DNA of 47,202 nucleotides from an uncultured Spirochaetia bacterium. GTDB lineage: Bacteria > Spirochaetota > CALGPD01. Both the position numbers and the translations under genes were made by a program. The DNA is taken from assembly GCA_964449345.1 (NCBI GenBank), contig CAYUYT010000004.1, forward strand, positions 1 through 47,202. Direction: 5' to 3'. The notes under the pieces are model-generated. The model ran no database searches and was not told where the DNA came from. It saw nothing but the letters and a program-made list of their open reading frames with translations. Shown here piece by piece: positions 29,096-37,281 of this stretch (positions within the stretch are counted from its first letter, which is position 1; each line of letters begins with the position of its first letter).

Positions 29096-29168
29096 GCTGC
29101 TGTAGCTCAGTCGGTAGAGCAAAGGACTGAAAATCCTTGTGTCGACAGTTCGATTCTGTCCGGCAGCA
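29096..29168 (+). tRNA. tRNA-Phe (anticodon GAA)
   Basis: Manual cloverleaf: acceptor gctgctg/cggcagc, D-arm tagctcagtcggtagagc, anticodon stem aagga/tcctt with loop ctGAAaa, T-arm gacag-ttcgatt-ctgtc. No encoded CCA. Confidence 0.9.
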
Positions 29169-29226
29169 AAAAAACCGTTATCGTAAAAAGTAACGGTTTT
29201 TTTATTTTTAACGCAAAATTCAAAAT

Positions 29227-29332
29227 ATATATACTAATAATACTTTAAATTTTATGCAACCGACACTTTAAAGTGTCGGTTGAAAAGCAATTACAATATA
29301 CAATACTTTGATTTTAAAATCACTTTAGTATA
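29227..29332 (-). repeat. 106-bp MITE-like dispersed repeat, copy 3 (inverted)
   Basis: Its reverse complement is identical by eye to 605-710. It sits between the tRNA-Phe 3' end and the mnmA stop. Confidence 0.85.
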
Positions 29333-29355
29333 TTTATAAAAAATATTTTTCGTTT

Positions 29356-30384
29356 TTATAAGATTTTTTGTATTATTCCGCTAGCAACAACGCAGTTATC
29401 CTTATAAAAAACTGCTCCTTGCCCAGGAGTAACGGATTTTTCCGGTTTATCTAATATGGCTTTATAAATATTTTCATCAAAATCTTTTATCCTCGCTGCC
29501 ACACCATCGTGCCTGTAACGTACTTTGCAAATAAGCTTTTTTTTCATTAATTCCGGTATAAAAACGATTAAATCGGAAACTAAGAAAGTATCCGAATATA
29601 AAATATCGCCTATTTCAATTTCATTTGTATGCGATATAATTCGCCGTACATATCCCGGTTTTCCCAAAGAAATGCCAAGCCCACGTCGTTGACCGATAGT
29701 ATAAAACGGAATTCCTTCATGTACGCCCACAACGCTACCCTGTTCGTCTATAAAATCACCTTTTTCAATATCAGGATGCAAACTTTTAATATACCCGGCA
29801 TAATCGCCGTATGGAATAAAACAAACCTCCTGACTTTCCGAGCTATTGATATGAATGCCTTTTTTTAAAAGATAATCCTTTGTCTGCTTTTTCGTTTGCT
29901 TTCCTAGCGGAAATAATAAATTTGGGTAAATGTGCCGGGGAATTCTTGATAAAAAATATGATTGATCTTTTGCGTTATCAATTCCACGTTTTAAAACATA
30001 ACCGTATTTAGTTTCTTCAATAACAGCATAATGCCCTGTTGCAAATTTTTCAAACCCGGCTTTTTTGGCATATTCATAAAGTGCGCCGAATTTAATAAGT
30101 GGGTTGCAAAAAATACAGGGATTTGGCGTTGAACCGGATAAATAGCTTTTAAGAAAATATTCAATAACGTTTTTTTGAAACTCACGTCTCAAATCAACAA
30201 CGCGGTGTGGCACTTTAATTTGTTTACAAACTTTTTTAGCTTTCCAAACAGTATTTTCTACGGCAGCATCATTATTATCGTATAAGAGCATAGTAAACCC
30301 TTCAATGCTGTGCCCCTGCTCTGATAATTTCAATGCAGCAGCAGTAGAATCAATACCTCCGGACATGGCAACTGCAATTCTCAT
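29356..30384 (-). CDS. mnmA: tRNA 2-thiouridine(34) synthase MnmA
   Basis: 342 aa. MRIAVAMSGGIDSTAAA PP-loop, NPCIFCN, DQSYFL. Confidence 0.95.
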   Translation of the reverse strand: MRIAVAMSGGIDSTAAALKLSEQGHSIEGFTMLLYDNNDAAVENTVWKAKKVCKQIKVPHRVVDLRREFQKNVIEYFLKSYLSGSTPNPCIFCNPLIKFGALYEYAKKAGFEKFATGHYAVIEETKYGYVLKRGIDNAKDQSYFLSRIPRHIYPNLLFPLGKQTKKQTKDYLLKKGIHINSSESQEVCFIPYGDYAGYIKSLHPDIEKGDFIDEQGSVVGVHEGIPFYTIGQRRGLGISLGKPGYVRRIISHTNEIEIGDILYSDTFLVSDLIVFIPELMKKKLICKVRYRHDGVAARIKDFDENIYKAILDKPEKSVTPGQGAVFYKDNCVVASGIIQKIL

Positions 30385-30473
30385 AACAATAATAATATAA
30401 CAACGTAAACCATAGATGACATTTATTATTACATTATATATATTAAAAAAGTATAATTTATCAGGATAACATT

Positions 30474-31517
30474 ATGAATATTCGAGAACGTATTGAAAAC
30501 CATGAAGAGAACTTTTTAAGCAAATTCGCAAGCAAAGCAAAGTATTCAAAAGGAAGAGTAAAAAAAGAAAATAAATGTCCCCTTAGAACGGTTTATATGC
30601 GCGATAGAGACAGAATAATCCACAGCGAAGCTTTCCGCAGAATGAAACATAAAACACAGGTTTTTTTCTCACCAGCTAACGATTTGTTTCGAACGCGCCT
30701 TACACATACGCTTGAAGTATCACAAATTTCAAGAACTGTTGCAAAAGCGTTAAACTTAAACGAAGACTTAACCGAAGCTATTTCCCTTGGTCATGATTTG
30801 GGCCATTCGCCTTTCGGACATACAGGCGAACACGTTTTAAACAAATTAAGTCCTGACGGGTTTTACCACGCAAAACAAAGCTTTAAGATAATTGATTTTC
30901 TCGAACAAGGCGGACTTAACCTTACAATCGAAGTACGTGACGGAATTTTAAAGCATTCCAAAAGAGGCGGCCCTATAATTGCTACTGACAAATTAACCCT
31001 TCCAATGACCCTCGAAGGGGAAATAGTTAGAATATGCGACAGGATTGCATATTTAAATCATGACCTTGACGATGCAATGAGAGCAGATATTTTACGTTAT
31101 AATGAAATACCAAAATGGATTTTCACAGATTTCGGCGAGACACACGGGCAACGCATTAACACTATGGTTGAAAACATTATTAATGCAAGTATTGATAAGG
31201 AACACGTGGTTGCTACAAAAAAAATGGCTGAAAAATTAGACGAATACAAAGATTTTATGTACAAAAATGTTTATAACCATGAAGCAATAAAAAACGAAGC
31301 AGAAAAAACGGGTAAAATATTAACTGATCTTTTTAATTTTTTTGAAAAAAATCCTGATATTGTGAGAGAAAAAATGCAGCATATAAAATATCCCGGAATA
31401 CCTAGTGTTCAGGAAATGATTATTGATTACATTGCAACTATGACCGACGATTTTGCGTTGCGCAGTTATGAAAAATACATTTTCCCAAAACGCTGGTTTG
31501 AGTTTAACAGGGATTAA
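30474..31517 (+). CDS. dgt: dGTP triphosphohydrolase-like HD-domain protein
   Basis: 347 aa. FRRMKHKTQVF, RTRLTHTLEVSQISR, LGHDLGHSPFGHTGE. Confidence 0.85.
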   Translation: MNIRERIENHEENFLSKFASKAKYSKGRVKKENKCPLRTVYMRDRDRIIHSEAFRRMKHKTQVFFSPANDLFRTRLTHTLEVSQISRTVAKALNLNEDLTEAISLGHDLGHSPFGHTGEHVLNKLSPDGFYHAKQSFKIIDFLEQGGLNLTIEVRDGILKHSKRGGPIIATDKLTLPMTLEGEIVRICDRIAYLNHDLDDAMRADILRYNEIPKWIFTDFGETHGQRINTMVENIINASIDKEHVVATKKMAEKLDEYKDFMYKNVYNHEAIKNEAEKTGKILTDLFNFFEKNPDIVREKMQHIKYPGIPSVQEMIIDYIATMTDDFALRSYEKYIFPKRWFEFNRD

Positions 31518-31646
31518 TATATTTTATAATATTTTCGCTTTTACTTTATATTTATTTGAACACAATCATTAAAAGGTATTATTTTAAATGTAAAACAATT
31601 ATCATTTAAAAATAATTTACGGATTTTTAATAAAATGGAGAATTAA

Positions 31647-32981
31647 ATGGGTTATTATGCTAAATTCCGCTGCATTAACGGTTGTGAAGAACGGGAAGTG
31701 GATGAAATTGTTTACCGCTGTAGTAAATGTGGAAGTCTACTGGAAGTAGTACACGATATTGACGAACTTAAAAAGAAAAGCGCAGATGAATGGAAAGAGC
31801 TTTTTTATAAACGTTCCAGAACAACGGAAATACCATTCGGCTCAGGCGTTTGGGGAAAAAAAGAATGGGTATTGCCTAACGTTGAAAACGAAAACGTTGT
31901 ATCCCTATTCGAAGGGCACTCAAATTTAATGTGGGTTAAGCGGCTTGGTGAACAAATAGGCGTTCCTGATTTATGGGTTAAGCAATGCGGAATAACGCAC
32001 ACAGGCTCGTTTAAAGATTTAGGAATGACCGTTTTGGTATCCATGGTAAACCAGATGATAAATCAAGGGCAAAACGTTAAAGCCGTTGCTTGTGCTTCTA
32101 CCGGCGACACGTCAGCCGCGCTTTCTGCATACTGCGCGTATGCCGGTATTCCCAGCGTAGTTTTTCTCCCTAGAGGAAAAATATCCATTGCCCAGCTCGT
32201 TCAGCCTATTTCAAACGGTGCAATTGTTTGCGCGTTAGACACGGATTTTGACGGGTGCATGGATATTGTTCAGCAGGTAACCAAAGACGAAACAATTTAC
32301 CTTGCGAATTCCATGAACTCCCTTAGAATTGAAGGGCAAAAAACCGTAGGCATTGAAATTTGCGAACAGTTTAACTGGGAAGTGCCCGACCACATAATTA
32401 TCCCGGGCGGGAATTTAGGAAACATATCAGCATTAGGTAACGGGCTTTTAATGGCAAAAGAACTCGGTTTAATTGACCGTCTTCCAAATATAATTTTAGC
32501 TCAGGCAGAAAACGCAAACCCGTTATACAAAGCGTATAAATCCGGGTATGATAATTTTGCTCCGGTACAGGCAAAGAAAACCCTTGCATCTGCAATTCAA
32601 ATCGGCAACCCTGTTTCAGTAAATAAAGCAATCCGTACACTTGAAAAATTCGGCGGCGTTGTTGAACAGGCTAGCGAAGACGAACTTGCAAACGCAGCAG
32701 CCAAAGGCGATTTAACGGGGATGTTTAACTGCCCGCATACAGGCGTTGCTTTAGCCGTTTTATTTAAACTCGTTGACTCGGGAACAATCAAGAAGAATGA
32801 GCGCGTGGTTGTTATATCTACGGCACACGGGCTTAAATTCGCAAACCAGAAGGTAGAATACCATAAAAGCGCAATACAAGGCGTAACGAGTAAATACGCA
32901 AACGAGCCCCTTGAATTACCCGCGGATTACAATAAAGTTTATTCTGCATTAATGGACAGGATAAAGGCGTTGTATGGGTAG
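31647..32981 (+). CDS. thrC: threonine synthase (long form with N-terminal zinc ribbon)
   Basis: 444 aa. CINGC...CSKCG ribbon. PLP-lysine motif [20 protein letters not shown]. Confidence 0.9.
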   Translation: MGYYAKFRCINGCEEREVDEIVYRCSKCGSLLEVVHDIDELKKKSADEWKELFYKRSRTTEIPFGSGVWGKKEWVLPNVENENVVSLFEGHSNLMWVKRLGEQIGVPDLWVKQCGITHTGSFKDLGMTVLVSMVNQMINQGQNVKAVACASTGDTSAALSAYCAYAGIPSVVFLPRGKISIAQLVQPISNGAIVCALDTDFDGCMDIVQQVTKDETIYLANSMNSLRIEGQKTVGIEICEQFNWEVPDHIIIPGGNLGNISALGNGLLMAKELGLIDRLPNIILAQAENANPLYKAYKSGYDNFAPVQAKKTLASAIQIGNPVSVNKAIRTLEKFGGVVEQASEDELANAAAKGDLTGMFNCPHTGVALAVLFKLVDSGTIKKNERVVVISTAHGLKFANQKVEYHKSAIQGVTSKYANEPLELPADYNKVYSALMDRIKALYG

Positions 32982-33176
32982 ATCTTTGGCAGAGGAACTG
33001 CCTTACAGTAAACTTTAATTATTATAAAATATATTTTTATTAATTTTTATATTAGTTAAAAGTTTAAAAGGGAACAATAAATAGTACCAATTTATTAATT
33101 ATTAAGTTATAGTTTTTATAAAAAACACTTTACTTTTCACTTGAAATTATTATAATGATTTATTAATTTTACAAAT

Positions 33177-33953
33177 TTGGAGCATATTTTGGAAATTAGT
33201 AAAAAATATGATAATAATTATTTGAAGCAAGTCATATTCCGAATTGACTTTTCCCAATTACTTGAAGTAAATAAAAATGGGTTAAAACCTGAAATTCAAA
33301 GAGAATTTGCGAAAATTAACTTTAATGATTTTTCTAAAAGAGAGTTAAGAGAATTTGAAATTATTTTTAACAAAAGTTTACGTACTGATAAAGATCAATT
33401 AATTGATATTTATGAATTTTTAGATAAAAGCAAAAACAATAAAATAACTATATGTGAAAAATTTATGATAATTGAAAATTTTGAATACGTAACTTTTGAG
33501 GAATTTAAAAAAATAATATCAAATATTGTTAATATTTTTAGTACTCATTATTCAATAAATATAATAAGGCTTGGTTTGAGGTATATTAATGAAATTGTTA
33601 TTGATGAAGGGAATCCTTTTGAATGGTCAAATTTTATTAATAATTCACTAATTTTTTCTTTAAATAATTTTTTAGAATCAGATAAAGAAAATGTGTGTAG
33701 ATACATCGGAAGATTTGATATTAACAAAGAGGACTATATTTTAGCAATAAAATATGGGATATTAAATAGCCTATATCCTGAGAAAATTGCAAGAAAAGAA
33801 TTTACTCTAGATTTTGACTGCAGCACTAAGGATGTTGAGAATAATGATGATTTATTTAAAAAACTTGACATATTCCATTCTGACATAAATAAATATTTTG
33901 AGAAAAGCATAGATGATGGATTAAGAAAAAAAATGGGAGAATTAGATGAATAA
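33177..33953 (+). CDS. hypothetical protein, TIGR04255-like by pattern (island gene A)
   Basis: 258 aa. N-terminal YLKQVIFRIDF and central IIRLGLRYINEI resemble the uncharacterised TIGR04255 family as I remember it (unverified). TTG start at 33177, or more likely TTG at 33189, 6 nt after GGAG. Very AT-rich. Confidence 0.6.
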   Translation: MEHILEISKKYDNNYLKQVIFRIDFSQLLEVNKNGLKPEIQREFAKINFNDFSKRELREFEIIFNKSLRTDKDQLIDIYEFLDKSKNNKITICEKFMIIENFEYVTFEEFKKIISNIVNIFSTHYSINIIRLGLRYINEIVIDEGNPFEWSNFINNSLIFSLNNFLESDKENVCRYIGRFDINKEDYILAIKYGILNSLYPEKIARKEFTLDFDCSTKDVENNDDLFKKLDIFHSDINKYFEKSIDDGLRKKMGELDE

Positions 33954-34131
33954 TATTTTTTATAATTTTGACGAGGAATTAACTTCTTCATTATTGTCTA
34001 ATCAATACAACATAGGGTTCAAAAATGCCCAAATAGAACTAGACGAAATTTTTGAAACACTAGACGATGACCGGTATTTAAAAACTAAAGCTTACACAAA
34101 AAATATAGGTTATGTTAAAAAGCAAAATTGA
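33946..34131 (+). CDS. small acidic hypothetical protein (island gene B)
   Basis: 61 aa. ATG overlaps the stop of gene A by 8 nt, and its own stop overlaps the gene C start by 20 nt. D/E-rich. An open frame of this length is unusual in ~25% GC DNA. Confidence 0.5.
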   Translation: MNNIFYNFDEELTSSLLSNQYNIGFKNAQIELDEIFETLDDDRYLKTKAYTKNIGYVKKQN

Positions 34132-34669
34132 GAATCAATATTCTAAACATAATAAAAGCAGAATTTGTCAAGGCGATATTGTTAAAGATTTTAAATTTAC
34201 AACTGTCACCACGGAAAGCAACGTCATGGAAAATGGTTTTCCCTATGTTGTCGTATTCTCGCAAGATTGTGATCTAGCTAATAATAAGGATAAAGAAGAT
34301 AACGGAAAAATTATTAATAATCAGTTTTTAGTAAATATTTTATTTCTACCGGCTTTTCCAGCAAAAATTTTAAGAGAGGGAAAACATTTAGAGGATTTTT
34401 GTGAAAGATTACAAGACCGATTAAATACACAACGCTGGAAAACAATTAAAACTAATAATAATTCTAGGTATCATTTTTTAAATGGATATTCAAATTTTCA
34501 GATACCTGATTTAGTTATTGATTTTAAACTATATTTTACTTCAAGTGTTGATAATTTTATAAATATGCATAATACTAATTATTTATCTACTGTTAATGAA
34601 TTGTTTCGAGAGAGAATGGTTCAGAGATTTTGCGATTATTTTAACCGTATTGCCTTGCCGGAAATTTAA
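34112..34669 (+). CDS. hypothetical protein with CQGDIV...YVVVFSQDCDL pattern (island gene C)
   Basis: 185-aa ORF. I recognise no family with confidence. Confidence 0.6.
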   Translation: MLKSKIENQYSKHNKSRICQGDIVKDFKFTTVTTESNVMENGFPYVVVFSQDCDLANNKDKEDNGKIINNQFLVNILFLPAFPAKILREGKHLEDFCERLQDRLNTQRWKTIKTNNNSRYHFLNGYSNFQIPDLVIDFKLYFTSSVDNFINMHNTNYLSTVNELFRERMVQRFCDYFNRIALPEI

Positions 34670-34725
34670 CATTTTTTTAAATTTTAATTATAAGTGCCAT
34701 TTTTAGTAAAATCCTCTAACAAAAA

Positions 34726-34968
34726 TTATTTATTTGCTAAACCAATTTTTTTTCCTATCTTTTTTAGTATTCCAATTATTTCATCAGCGCTTTTTTCAAA
34801 TTCTTTTTTAGCATTTTTTTCATTTTCTTTAATCCATTCAATTACTTCATCAAAAAGTTTTCTTTTTTCTTTCCATTTTGCATCATGATCTAATGATAAA
34901 ATTCCTTTAACTTCTTTTTGAAATTCTTCGGGATAATATTTTTCAAGCAACCTTTTATAATAGTTCAC
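34726..34968 (-). CDS. small K/E-rich helical hypothetical protein
   Basis: 80 codons, convergent with gene C. Only a GTG start, no clear RBS, and the start lies inside the 42-bp repeat. The plus-strand ORF 34694-34888 is an F/S-rich shadow. Confidence 0.4.
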   Translation of the reverse strand: MNYYKRLLEKYYPEEFQKEVKGILSLDHDAKWKEKRKLFDEVIEWIKENEKNAKKEFEKSADEIIGILKKIGKKIGLANK

Positions 34969-35006
34969 CGATTCAATTTAGAAATGCATATTTCATACAC
35001 TCATAA
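34965..35006 (+). repeat. 42-bp dispersed repeat, copy A
   Basis: tcaccgattcaatttAgaaAtgcatatttcatacactcataa matches 47148-47189 with 2 mismatches. Confidence 0.8.
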
Positions 35007-35075
35007 CTGCCTGTAAAATTGCTTTTTTAAGGACTAGGCGTTAGTTTTAAAAAATTAAGTTTTTAAGGTAAAAAA

Positions 35076-35360
35076 ATGGCTGTATTTTTAGTTGCAAGTA
35101 TAATCATAAACAACGAAGAAAAATATAAACAATACACTAAATCCGCACGCCCGGTTATTGAAAAGTATTCCGGCGAATACGTTATGAATTCAACGCAAAT
35201 AACGAGTTTAAAAGGCGGCATGAAACCCGATAAAATGCTCGTTTTAAAATTTCCCGATAAAGAAAAATACCAAACGTGTTTCTCCAGCAAAGAATACAAA
35301 AAAATTGTACACCTGCGCCTAGAATCAACGCAAAGCACGGCTTATTTGATTGAACTGTGA
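35076..35360 (+). CDS. DUF1330 domain protein
   Basis: 94 aa. MAVFLVASIIINNEEKYKQYTKSARPVIEKYSGEY...VLKFPDKEKYQTCFSSKEYKKI fits the DUF1330 pattern. Confidence 0.7.
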   Translation: MAVFLVASIIINNEEKYKQYTKSARPVIEKYSGEYVMNSTQITSLKGGMKPDKMLVLKFPDKEKYQTCFSSKEYKKIVHLRLESTQSTAYLIEL

Positions 35361-35532
35361 TTATATACTATTTTAAAATCATCTGAAATTTCAAATTTCA
35401 TTCTTATGTTTGCATTATATAGATGCAGTATTATGCCGGTTAAAATTTTTAAAAATTTATTTTATGGTCAAGCAATTTTATAGAGTTATAATTGATTTTA
35501 TCTTTAAAATGATTTAGAGTAATAAACGGGTA

Positions 35533-37281
35533 TTGATTTTATTTAGAATGTTTCTAAAAACAGTAATGGTTTACCGGGGTGTTATGCTAGACGTATATTT
35601 AATAAATGCGCAAAAAGGGTTAAAAAAAACGTTTACTTATGCGCCCATGCTTGCTTCTCTAAACGGTATTTTTTTAATTTTTTACTATGTTACTAACCTA
35701 AGTTTAACGAGTTTTCAGGTAAAATATTTTATTATTTTAGTATCAATAGGCACAGGGTTGCAAATTTTTATTCAGAGCATTTTATTAAAAAAAGAGACGC
35801 GGGATCTCAATTTAATTATAAATAATAATGAAGGTATCGAAAAGATTAGAAATGAAGTTGCAAACGATGCATGGGTTTGTCTGTGGAATCTGCCTTTTAC
35901 CATAGCAAAACAAATTTTTCTAACTACTAATACGTTATTAATACCGTTTTTATTTATTATGTTTTTCGGATTAAAATTTACTTTTGTTCAATGCGTTCAC
36001 GTTGTTTTGGGAATAAACCTTTTTCTTTGCGCCGCGGTAATTGTTCAATTAGTTGCGTTCGAAATTAACGCCAGGAACATTTTTATTTTTTTACAAGAAA
36101 AATTTGAAATAAATACGAATACTGAAAATTGCGTTGATATTAAACTCAAGAACAAACTTTTAACATCCCTTGTGAGTGTAATTTTAATTTCCCTTTTATT
36201 CATGGGGAGTTTTATATATAATATGGTTTCGGATATTTTACAAAATCCCGGTGCGAACGAAGAAATTTTATTCTATGTTAAGTTAAAATTAATTTCTACT
36301 GCCGGAATTACGGTGTTTTTGATTGTCGTTCTTATTATTTTTATTTCAAATACTCTTACTAATCCGTTTAAGCAGTTAATTGAGGGAATGAAGGAAATTA
36401 AAAAAGAAAATTATGATACACGTTTAAACATACCCGGTGTTGATTCGGATATTGCTAAAATTTACAACGGATTTAATTCAATGCTTATGGGGTTGAATGA
36501 GAGAAAAGAGCTAAAAAAACGCCTTGAGAAAGCTTTAATTGAAACGCAGAACGCAAATCGGCTTAAAAACGATTTTATCTCGATTATGTCACATGAATTA
36601 CGAACCCCGTTATCATCAATCATTGGTTTTAGTGATATTTTACTCGAAAATGAAACCATAAACCCAGAAGGAAAAGAAGAATTAAAATTTATTAATGATT
36701 CAGCAAAAGCGCTTTCAGTTTTATTAAATGATATATTAGAATTGTCTTTGATAGAATCCGGTATTATTAAAATAAAATTAGAAGATTTTTACGTTAAGCC
36801 AATTTTGGAAGAAATATTAAAAATATTTAAACCCAAAGCTGAAGAAAAAAACATTTTTTTTAAATCCGTATGTACAATTAAGCGGAAAATTCGTTCCGAC
36901 CCTGCGCGTTTAAGACAAATTTTATTAAACATCATAGGCAATGCTGTTAAATTTACTCAAAACGGTGAGATCGTTTTGTCATGTACTGAAAACCCTTCAA
37001 GCTTTGTTTTTGAAATTAGAGACACGGGGTCGGGAATAAAAGAAGAATTTATTGATAATATTTTTGATATGTTTTCACAAGGGGAAAACTTTAGTATAAG
37101 AAAGCACGATGGTGCCGGAATCGGGCTTGCTATTTGTAAAAAACTAATTAATGCTATGGGCGGTGAAATCCTCGTTAAAAGTCAATACAAACAAGGGTCG
37201 GTTTTTACTGTAAAAATACCCAAAAAACATGGTTTTGAAGATGAAAAAAAGTTAGAAAACAACGATATCACCGGGGTCTAA
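35533..37281 (+). CDS. sensor histidine kinase (multi-TM, HAMP, HisKA, HATPase_c), orphan
   Basis: 582-aa ORF; the exact start is uncertain (several in-frame ATGs within the first 30 codons). H-box SIMSHELRTPLSSIIGF, N-box NIIGNAVKFT, G-boxes DTGSGI and GAGIGLAICKKL. Confidence 0.85.
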   Translation: MILFRMFLKTVMVYRGVMLDVYLINAQKGLKKTFTYAPMLASLNGIFLIFYYVTNLSLTSFQVKYFIILVSIGTGLQIFIQSILLKKETRDLNLIINNNEGIEKIRNEVANDAWVCLWNLPFTIAKQIFLTTNTLLIPFLFIMFFGLKFTFVQCVHVVLGINLFLCAAVIVQLVAFEINARNIFIFLQEKFEINTNTENCVDIKLKNKLLTSLVSVILISLLFMGSFIYNMVSDILQNPGANEEILFYVKLKLISTAGITVFLIVVLIIFISNTLTNPFKQLIEGMKEIKKENYDTRLNIPGVDSDIAKIYNGFNSMLMGLNERKELKKRLEKALIETQNANRLKNDFISIMSHELRTPLSSIIGFSDILLENETINPEGKEELKFINDSAKALSVLLNDILELSLIESGIIKIKLEDFYVKPILEEILKIFKPKAEEKNIFFKSVCTIKRKIRSDPARLRQILLNIIGNAVKFTQNGEIVLSCTENPSSFVFEIRDTGSGIKEEFIDNIFDMFSQGENFSIRKHDGAGIGLAICKKLINAMGGEILVKSQYKQGSVFTVKIPKKHGFEDEKKLENNDITGV

